Source: Candidatus Latescibacterota bacterium (GTDB lineage Bacteria > Latescibacterota > UBA2968 > UBA8231). Taken from it: a stretch of DNA of 64,000 nucleotides. The notes beneath the pieces were generated by a model. It had not been told where the DNA came from. It searched no databases and worked only from the letters and a program-made list of their open reading frames with translations. The stretch is from contig OZ242005.1 of NCBI GenBank assembly GCA_965204725.1, forward strand, positions 4,864,001 to 4,928,000. Reading direction: 5' to 3'. The position numbers were made by a program, and so were the translations under genes. Of the stretch, positions 10,068-16,721 are shown piece by piece; the first letter of the stretch is position 1, and each line of letters starts with the position of its first letter.

Positions 10068-10140
10068 TGTAAAAAGTTGTGCAAAAGTTGTGCAAAATCT
10101 GTTCACTTGCACAAGTTTTGCACAAGTTTTGCACAAAAAA
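10068..10140. promoter_or_regulatory. Putative enhancer (UAS) array for the sigma54 activator, copy 1
   Basis: AAAGTTGTGCA x2, then TGCACAAGTTT x2 plus TGCACAAAA; 11-bp period, near-inverted halves; about 130-200 bp upstream of a -24/-12 box; conserved at 23358-23425. Confidence 0.7.
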
Positions 10141-10217
10141 GTCGCAAATCAACTTGCGATGACGCCTCATGCTGGCCTCGTTGAGATTTTTTTTTGCTAT
10201 CCAACGTCTTGTTTTTC

Positions 10218-10249
10218 AATCCTTTAGGTATTCCTAAAGGATTTTTTTG
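10218..10249 (+). terminator. Hairpin plus T-tract (terminator or operator), overlapping an IHF-like site
   Basis: AATCCTTTAGG-TATT-CCTAAAGGATT followed by Ts; TTTCAATCCTTTA is one mismatch from WATCAANNNNTTR. Confidence 0.45.
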
Positions 10250-10266
10250 TGCCGGACCGGCATCTT

Positions 10267-10282
10267 TGGCACGAAATTTGCA
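10267..10282 (+). promoter_or_regulatory. Sigma54 (-24/-12) promoter, copy 1
   Basis: TGGCAC-GAAAT-TTGCA, exact consensus spacing, next to a bEBP gene. Confidence 0.9.
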
Positions 10283-10327
10283 ATAGTCTTTACAAGCGCA
10301 TTTCATCTACCATGAGGCGTAACGGAT

Positions 10328-11473
10328 ATGGAAGCCCTGCTCAACGATTTTGGCCGCGTGTTTTTGCTGGAGTTGGTTATGGCCTGCGCCATTACCATCT
10401 GCGGTTGCTATACAACCTATACCGATATTCACTTCCGCCATATCCCCCATTGGGCTAGTTGGGGACTGCTGGCCGTAGGTTTAATAGGCCAAGGTCTATT
10501 TTGGATTTGGGGTGCGGTCGAACTGGACCAAGCAGGCATCGTCTTGTTGGTCGGTTTTGTTGTTGGTTACGTACTCTATATCTACGGATTTTGGGCACCC
10601 GGCGACGCCAAGTTGTTTTGGGCTTTTGTCTTGGTGCTGCCGCCGACGTTCTTCCCCTCCACTTCCCTCTCCTCCTTTGACGCGCCGATTTGGGCGCTCC
10701 TGCTCAACGCCTTAGTGCTCACCTGTTTTGTCTTGCTGGCGCTGTGGGCGGTTTTGCGTCGGGGGCGGTCGGCGGAAGTCGAGGGGGATTGGGGGCCATC
10801 GCAATGGCTGTATCTAGGCTTGGAGTTGGCCGGCCTGATAGGGCTCGTGCTGGGGTTTGGCTCCTTCCTGCTGGCCGAGACGATGACCTTTGTAGAGGTC
10901 GTGGTCGCCATCTTGGTGCTCTATCTGCTCGTTGACCACTTCGTCCCCCAGAGTTACCGGCTGACCTTGGCCCTGCCCGGTCTTATCCTCGGCGGCTACA
11001 CGGCCCTGCAATCGGGAGAATGGCTGATCTATCTGGTGCTGTGGGTCCTCGCTTGGGGGGTGTTCTCCCTCTATAGCATCATCCGGCATCTAGTCCCTCG
11101 GCACTTCGTACAGGCGATTCCTATTCAGGCGTTGCGCGCCGGCATGGTGCCGCAGGTAGCGATCTACGCGGCGGATACCGGCGGAGCGGCGGAATACCGT
11201 TGTGGCGCAGAGGTTGGGCCGGGGCAAGATGTGCTGTGTTATCCTGGCCGGCCGTTGACCAAGGGGCAGGTGCGGACGTTGCACGAAAAATCGGCGGGCG
11301 GTGCTTTCGCGCCGTTTGGCCATGAGTTGGCAGTGGAACTGGCCGTCCCTTTCGCGCCGATAATCGCCGTCGCTGGGGTGCTGACCCTAGTCTTGGGCGG
11401 CAGTCTAATCAGACCCCTGATACAGTTGTTCTCTCCGTGGCTGCCGTCGCTTCAGCAGTTGTTGGTGGGGTAA
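10328..11473 (+). CDS. A24 family aspartic membrane peptidase (prepilin/preflagellin peptidase, FlaK-like)
   Basis: TDIHFRHIPHW (first Asp), APGDAKL (GxD-xK), multiple TMs, FlaK-like IPIQALRAGMVP segment and C-terminal VPFAPII. Confidence 0.8.
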   Translation: MEALLNDFGRVFLLELVMACAITICGCYTTYTDIHFRHIPHWASWGLLAVGLIGQGLFWIWGAVELDQAGIVLLVGFVVGYVLYIYGFWAPGDAKLFWAFVLVLPPTFFPSTSLSSFDAPIWALLLNALVLTCFVLLALWAVLRRGRSAEVEGDWGPSQWLYLGLELAGLIGLVLGFGSFLLAETMTFVEVVVAILVLYLLVDHFVPQSYRLTLALPGLILGGYTALQSGEWLIYLVLWVLAWGVFSLYSIIRHLVPRHFVQAIPIQALRAGMVPQVAIYAADTGGAAEYRCGAEVGPGQDVLCYPGRPLTKGQVRTLHEKSAGGAFAPFGHELAVELAVPFAPIIAVAGVLTLVLGGSLIRPLIQLFSPWLPSLQQLLVG

Positions 11474-11475
11474 TC

Positions 11476-12093
11476 ATGAACCGAGATAGAAAAGACCCTG
11501 TAACACTGGCCTTTGGCGTCCTGTTGGTCGCCTTGCTGCCAACCTTTTTCCTGTTGGTGAGCCACTACCCGTCGTTAGAGGAGCGCGTGCAACAGTTGAA
11601 GCCTAAGCCCTTGGTGCCCGCGCCTTCACTGGAGGATCTGTTGGCGCAAGTCAGCCAAGCCGTATCCGACAGTACGCTCCAACTCCAACAGGTATGGGCT
11701 GCCGAGCCGGAACCGACTTCTGGCCTAGTGGCCGACTACAAGGTCGTGCGCGGCGGCCTAGCGGTCTATCGGCTGGTTCTATTCCGCCACGACATCGCCT
11801 GTAGCGTGTGCCGGGACGTGTTGGCCGCCGCTCTGTACGATGGCGACTCACTGGTGCAGATCTTTCTGCTCGACGATTGGGAGGTGCGCGGCGAGCGGGT
11901 TGATACCGCACAGTTTTTGCGCCAATTCGCGGGTCGCCCGCTGGCAACCGAACTGGCTCTTGAGGCCAATGTCGATGGGATCAGCGGGGCCACGTTTTCA
12001 ACCGGGGGCCTCGTCGAACAGCTCAACACGGCGGCGGCGTGGGTGCGGGCGCATCCGCTGGAGCCGCCGGCAAGCGAGGGAGAAAACCTGTGA
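11476..12093 (+). CDS. Membrane-anchored FMN-binding domain protein with CxxC
   Basis: N-terminal TM; VDGISGATFST flavinylation-type motif; HDIACSVCRD. Confidence 0.75.
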   Translation: MNRDRKDPVTLAFGVLLVALLPTFFLLVSHYPSLEERVQQLKPKPLVPAPSLEDLLAQVSQAVSDSTLQLQQVWAAEPEPTSGLVADYKVVRGGLAVYRLVLFRHDIACSVCRDVLAAALYDGDSLVQIFLLDDWEVRGERVDTAQFLRQFAGRPLATELALEANVDGISGATFSTGGLVEQLNTAAAWVRAHPLEPPASEGENL

Positions 12094-12629
12094 ACGCTCT
12101 CAGACCCAATCGCTGGGCTACGACCTTGATCGTGGCTACGGGCCTCCTGTTGGGAGCCTGTGTATTCCTAGCGGCCAAGATCGTCAATCCTCCGCCGATT
12201 GATCGGCTCGATGTGGCGTTTTGGGATTTGCTGGGTACGCAAGCGGCTATCCTCGAATTAGAGAGCCTGACGGGCACAGACAAGGTTTCCAACGCGCAGT
12301 TTGCGGGCGAGCCCTATCTGCTCATTTTCGCCGACCCGACTTGCAGTGCCTGCGAGGCCATTTATCCCCACTTGCTGCGCGCCTCGCAAGTGCAGGGCGT
12401 GAATGTCCTGTTCATTGCCTCGGGCGACCGGCAGGCGATGCAAGACAAAGTGGAGGAACACAGTTTTGCATTCCCGGTCGCCTTTGATTCCCTGTTGACG
12501 GCCAATAAGCCCTTTGAGGTGGGTGCTTTTCCCGCCTCTGTACTGGTGGATGCCGAAGGCAACATTGCCAAAGCCGCTACCGGCGATCAGGGTGCTGTCG
12601 CCGTAATACGCTTGGCTGGTAGTTCCTGA
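12090..12629 (+). CDS. Membrane-anchored thioredoxin-fold protein (TlpA/AhpC-TSA/MauD-like)
   Basis: GTG start overlapping the upstream TGA; N-terminal TM; FADPTCSAC; FPVAFD; GAFPASVLVDAEG. Confidence 0.8.
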   Translation: MNALRPNRWATTLIVATGLLLGACVFLAAKIVNPPPIDRLDVAFWDLLGTQAAILELESLTGTDKVSNAQFAGEPYLLIFADPTCSACEAIYPHLLRASQVQGVNVLFIASGDRQAMQDKVEEHSFAFPVAFDSLLTANKPFEVGAFPASVLVDAEGNIAKAATGDQGAVAVIRLAGSS

Positions 12630-12644
12630 AAGGATGGATGCGCC

Positions 12645-13349
12645 ATGTACGTTGTAACTCTCTTGCGTCGTCCGGTGGTGTGGACGGTGGTGGCCAGCGT
12701 CGCGGTCGTGGTCTTTTTGGCCTTGCGTCCCTCTTCGTCGGCCCTCTCGCCGGTGGTGTGGACCGAGCCCTCGGCTAATCCGCTGGCCGAGGTGCTGCGG
12801 CCGGGGGATACCGCGCCGGACTTCGCGCTGCCGGCGGTACAGGGCGGCACGGTCGCCTTGAGTGCGTTGCGGGGAAAGCCCGCTTTGCTGGCCTTTGTTA
12901 CGGCGGAGTGTCCGTATTGTCAGAAGCTATACAAGCAACTCGAAGCCTTTGAACTGAATGCGGACCAACAACTCGTATTCATCTGCCCAAGCGAGGAGGG
13001 TGCTCGGAAAATCAGCGAGACCTATTCCTTTACGTATCCGGTGTTGATCGACTCGGCTGGGGCGATTTCACAGGCGTACAAAACCCCTGGGGTGCCTGCG
13101 GTGTATCGGGTCGGCCCCGAGGGGAAGATTGTGGATTTGGCGGTGGGATGGCCGACGGCTTGGACGTTTGTTCGGGGTTTTGGCCGCCTCCAGCTTAGCG
13201 AAGGCTCTGAAGGTTATTCGTTTAATGGCTCAATCATCATGCTGGCCCAGAAAGGAGGTGCATCCCGTGCTCGTAGGTTTGATGCTCGTCAGCAACCACA
13301 ACGGTTTGCTGATCCTTTTTCCAATTACTCAAGGAGAATTGCGTTATGA
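12645..13349 (+). CDS. Membrane-anchored thioredoxin-fold protein (TlpA/ResA-like)
   Basis: GDTAPDFALP, LSALRGKPALLAF, CPYC, YPVLID, GVPAVY; the last ~45 aa look like read-through of intergenic DNA and the stop overlaps the next ATG. Confidence 0.82.
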   Translation: MYVVTLLRRPVVWTVVASVAVVVFLALRPSSSALSPVVWTEPSANPLAEVLRPGDTAPDFALPAVQGGTVALSALRGKPALLAFVTAECPYCQKLYKQLEAFELNADQQLVFICPSEEGARKISETYSFTYPVLIDSAGAISQAYKTPGVPAVYRVGPEGKIVDLAVGWPTAWTFVRGFGRLQLSEGSEGYSFNGSIIMLAQKGGASRARRFDARQQPQRFADPFSNYSRRIAL

Positions 13350-13687
13350 AATCTCTACTTTTGTTCTTGCAGGCGGTGCTGGTGCTGCCGCTGGTGGCTC
13401 CGCTGGTGGAGTTCGCCACGTCAACCAGCGGGCACGTTGAGCCGCGTGAGGGGTTGGCGCTGGGCTGGCTGGGCAGCGTGGTGGCGGGGCTGGCGGTGGT
13501 GTTCGGCACGGCCGACCAGACCCAGGCCGATTCCTGCTACGGAATCTCGGAGGGAAGCAAGGGATCGTACACAACGTCGGATCCATGCGAGTGGAGGGAC
13601 CATAAACCCTTCAGGTATTGGGTGAATTATTATCGCCACTACGAAGGGGGACCGGGCTGTGTCTATCTGTATTCTGTATGCGTATAG
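13346..13687 (+). CDS. Cys-rich peptide precursor A1 (leader plus 4-Cys core)
   Basis: AAGGAG RBS; leader ..SGHVEPREGLALGWLGSVVAGLAVVFGTADQTQA; core C-x16-C-x23-C-x6-C; five paralogs in the window. Confidence 0.85.
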   Translation: MKSLLLFLQAVLVLPLVAPLVEFATSTSGHVEPREGLALGWLGSVVAGLAVVFGTADQTQADSCYGISEGSKGSYTTSDPCEWRDHKPFRYWVNYYRHYEGGPGCVYLYSVCV

Positions 13688-13798
13688 CCCGGTCGCCCAG
13701 TAGCCCCGTCGCTACGGCTCCCGGCTGTATCTATCAGCGTTTTGCATGCGGTCAGGTGAGCTCCTGTGACGTTATACGGTAGTTGCCAAGACGACGCG

Positions 13799-13833
13799 CC
13801 CCTGTGGTACTTTCGGGCCAAGTACCACAGGGG
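13799..13833 (+). promoter_or_regulatory. Perfect 14-bp stem-loop between peptide and FG-GAP genes (copy 1)
   Basis: CCCCTGTGGTACTT-TCGGGCC-AAGTACCACAGGGG; no U-tract. Confidence 0.7.
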
Positions 13834-13895
13834 TAGGCGTCCTTATGTCGCTCAGAACATCCTAAAACAAATCTATCACGCTTTGGAGGTTCGTT

Positions 13896-16034
13896 ATGCG
13901 CGGTTTGCTCGTTGCGATTGGATTGGTGGTGGCTCCATTTAAGGTCTTGGCTTTAACATGGGATTTTGACGCGGGCACGACTTGGGGATGGGCAGCCCAA
14001 GAGAGCGCCTTCGGCTCAGACCATGGTACGACCACGGTGTACAGCGAAGTCGCAGATGGCGTCTGGCGCATTGCGCCGGTGCCGCACGGGAAAAGACCAG
14101 CCATTCGCTTGCTCTCGCCGCTGATTGGGGAAGACTCTGACCTGTTCGACTGGGTCACCCTACGGCTACGCATCATCCACGATCTCCCCACCGAGGGGGT
14201 CCTTGAAATGTCGTGGTCCAATGTCGAGTACAGACGCCGCAAGAAGGAAGAACCCAGCGTAGGGTTGGGATTTTTTGTAAGCCGTCCTCAAGTTTATTCC
14301 ACCGAATGGGAAGACATCACCATAGATATACGGGCTTTGGAAGCGGCTCCAGCAGGAGAGATCGATTGGGAGGTCACTTGGGAGGACACTCTCTTCCACT
14401 TCTTCTTAGACCTAGACTTATTGCATCTACACGACATACAAGAATCCAGCTTAAGCCCGGCGGCTCGTCCGACCTTTGTCGAAGTCGATTGGATTCAACT
14501 GACGGGTGCTGAAGAGTTGCTGCTGGGGGAGTTGCAGCCTCGGGCGAGCATCGTGGAGGCCGGGTTGCCTGGGACGTTGTTTGCGGAACCGCGTTTTTCG
14601 GTGTTGGGTCGAAATATCGGTAACCCAGGATCGCATGGTACTTTGGGCGATGTGGATGGCGATGGGGATGCCGATCTGGTCGTGAAATGGGAGGAAATAA
14701 TGGCGAGCGATGGCTGGTCCATAGCGACCAGCGATGGCTTGGGGAGCTTGGTCCCTACCCAAGAGGTCCTCCTCCCACAGGAGGCTTATTCGATTCCGAT
14801 GATTACGGGAGGCGATTTCGACGGGGATGGGCTTCTCGATCTGGCCTTTAGTACCGGTCGAACTATCGAATTGTGGCTCAACCGGGGCGAGGATGGATTT
14901 GAAACCATCCTACAGCTATCCGATAGCTATTTCATCGGTCTAGCCGATGGCGACGGCGATGGCGATGTGGACCTGTTGGCGGTAGAAGACCGCGACGACC
15001 TATGGTCTAACTTGACTATGTGGATCAACGATGGCGCGGGCGGGTTTGCCCACAGCGATCGGTTCGTCCTCGACACCGAAGAAGAGCTCGGTCGTTTCCT
15101 GCTGGCAGGGCAACCGGAGGGCGAGGCCGTGCGTGTGCTGTGGATCCGACCCTGCTGGAAGCCGCAGGGGCCGTGGCGGCTGACCCAGCCATGGGCGGCA
15201 AACGAGGAGCCACCGCTGTTTTTTGAGCTTGGGGAGGTCAACCCCTGCGACATGGACCTGCTGGCCGATCTGGATGGGGATGGAGCGGTAGAGTTAGTCG
15301 GAACGCCCGAGCGGAACCTGTTCCCGGGCTTTTCTCGGGGCAACACCCATCACGGTTTAGCCCTGTGGCGCGTGAACCCTTCGGGCGGAGTGGAACGCCA
15401 CACCCTGCTCGGTCCGCAGGTGATCGTGCCGTATTCGTGGCCTAAAAGTGGGGTCATTGCCAGCGACCTGACCGGCGATGGCCTTTTGGACTTGGCCGTA
15501 ATCAATACCAACTTAGCGATGAATCCGGCCCTGATTGTCTTGGTTGGCCAGCGCGATGGCCTGCCCGTCGTCGAAGGGCACTACCCCCTGCCCACCATCG
15601 GCCGCAGCCTGCTCGCAGGCGACGTCAACGGCGATGGGGCGACCGATCTGGTCGTGCTGGGGCGGAGTCAGCGCGGCGACGGCGGAGCCTTCGTCTTCCT
15701 CAACCAAGGCGTTCCCGCCACTGCCATCGCCGCCGAGACGACGACCATGCCTACGACCTTTGCCCTCGGTGCCAACTATCCCAACCCGTTCAACCCGGCC
15801 ACGACCATTCCCGTGTCGGTGGCGGTGGGTGCGGGCGAGGTCGATTTAACCATCTATAACGTCTTGGGGCAGCCGGTGCGCCGCGTGTGGGCGGGTTCGT
15901 TGGCGGCGGGCGAACACCGGCTGGCTTGGGATGGCCGGGACACGCAGGGGCAACCCGTTGCCGCTGGAGTCTATTTGTATCGGTTGCAGGTGGGCGACCA
16001 GACGCGCATTCGCAAGATGGTCAAAATTGAGTAG
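13896..16034 (+). CDS. Secreted FG-GAP/VCBS repeat protein F1 with N-terminal jelly-roll-like domain and C-terminal FlgD/T9SS-type tail
   Basis: Signal peptide; repeated GDxDGDGxxDL motifs; NYPNPFNPATTI..WDGRD..GVYLYRL..RKMVKIE. Confidence 0.88.
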   Translation: MRGLLVAIGLVVAPFKVLALTWDFDAGTTWGWAAQESAFGSDHGTTTVYSEVADGVWRIAPVPHGKRPAIRLLSPLIGEDSDLFDWVTLRLRIIHDLPTEGVLEMSWSNVEYRRRKKEEPSVGLGFFVSRPQVYSTEWEDITIDIRALEAAPAGEIDWEVTWEDTLFHFFLDLDLLHLHDIQESSLSPAARPTFVEVDWIQLTGAEELLLGELQPRASIVEAGLPGTLFAEPRFSVLGRNIGNPGSHGTLGDVDGDGDADLVVKWEEIMASDGWSIATSDGLGSLVPTQEVLLPQEAYSIPMITGGDFDGDGLLDLAFSTGRTIELWLNRGEDGFETILQLSDSYFIGLADGDGDGDVDLLAVEDRDDLWSNLTMWINDGAGGFAHSDRFVLDTEEELGRFLLAGQPEGEAVRVLWIRPCWKPQGPWRLTQPWAANEEPPLFFELGEVNPCDMDLLADLDGDGAVELVGTPERNLFPGFSRGNTHHGLALWRVNPSGGVERHTLLGPQVIVPYSWPKSGVIASDLTGDGLLDLAVINTNLAMNPALIVLVGQRDGLPVVEGHYPLPTIGRSLLAGDVNGDGATDLVVLGRSQRGDGGAFVFLNQGVPATAIAAETTTMPTTFALGANYPNPFNPATTIPVSVAVGAGEVDLTIYNVLGQPVRRVWAGSLAAGEHRLAWDGRDTQGQPVAAGVYLYRLQVGDQTRIRKMVKIE

Positions 16035-16177
16035 GGTGAAGGCTCTTGAGCCATGGACTCAATCGCGGCTACGGGCCAGAAAGGAGGTTCTATCTCGTGC
16101 ATGTAGGTTTGCTGGTCATTCGGCAACCAAGACGGTTTGCTGATTCTTTCTTCTACCCTTTTGAGGAGGATTGAGTT

Positions 16178-16510
16178 ATGAAGTCTTTGCCTTTGTTCTT
16201 GCAGTCGGTGCTGATGCTGCCGCTGGTGGAGTTCGCCACGTCAACCAGCGGGCACGTCGAGCCGCGTGAGGGTTTGGCGCTGGGCTGGCTGGGCAGCGTG
16301 GTGGCGGGGCTGGCGGTGGTGTTCAGCACGGCCGACCAGACCCAGGCCGATTCCTGCTACGGAATCGCGGAGGAAAGCATTGGATATAACCAAACGGGTC
16401 TCCCATGTGCCTGGAAAGACGATGAACCCTCCAAGTATTGGAGGGATTATTATTATCACCATTCTGGGAAGCCGGGCTGTGTCTATCTGTATTCTGCATG
16501 CAGCGTATAG
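16178..16510 (+). CDS. Cys-rich peptide precursor A2
   Basis: GAGGAGG RBS; same leader as A1; divergent core with identical Cys spacing. Confidence 0.85.
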   Translation: MKSLPLFLQSVLMLPLVEFATSTSGHVEPREGLALGWLGSVVAGLAVVFSTADQTQADSCYGIAEESIGYNQTGLPCAWKDDEPSKYWRDYYYHHSGKPGCVYLYSACSV

Positions 16511-16620
16511 CACGGTCGTCAAGTTGCCCCGTCGCTGGATTCCCGGCTGTATCTATCAGCGTTCTACATGCGGCTAGGTGAGCTTCTGTAACGGCATACG
16601 GCAGTTGCCAAGACGACGCG

Positions 16621-16655
16621 CCCCTGTGGTACTTTCGGGCCAAGTACCACAGGGG
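16621..16655 (+). promoter_or_regulatory. Perfect 14-bp stem-loop (copy 2)
   Basis: Identical to 13799-13833. Confidence 0.7.
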
Positions 16656-16721
16656 TTGGCGTCCTTATGTCGCTTGAATAGAACATCCTAAAACAAATCT
16701 ATCACGCTCTGGAGGTTCGTT

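Noticed and set aside
10068-10140. Short repeats as a CRISPR array or replication iterons
   Set aside because: 11-bp units with no spacers and no cas or rep gene; the position upstream of a -24/-12 box fits an enhancer.
10328-11473. Type IV pilus, Tad or T2SS locus
   Set aside because: No assembly ATPase, platform protein, secretin or canonical G-FTLxE pilin in the window.
12090-13687. Methylamine dehydrogenase (mau) cluster, given MauD-like thioredoxins and Cys/Trp-rich small proteins
   Set aside because: Cores have 4 Cys rather than about 12, there is no true twin-Arg motif, and no MauE, MauG or MauB homolog is recognisable.
13650-13833. Diversity-generating retroelement (peptide C-terminus as VR, downstream repeat as TR, hairpin as cis element)
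   Set aside because: The repeat is only about 33 nt, mismatches are not confined to adenines, and there is no reverse transcriptase in the window.
15760-16034. Tail as proof of a type IX secretion system
   Set aside because: The domain also matches FlgD-type Ig tails found in lineages without a verified T9SS, and no machinery genes are in the window.
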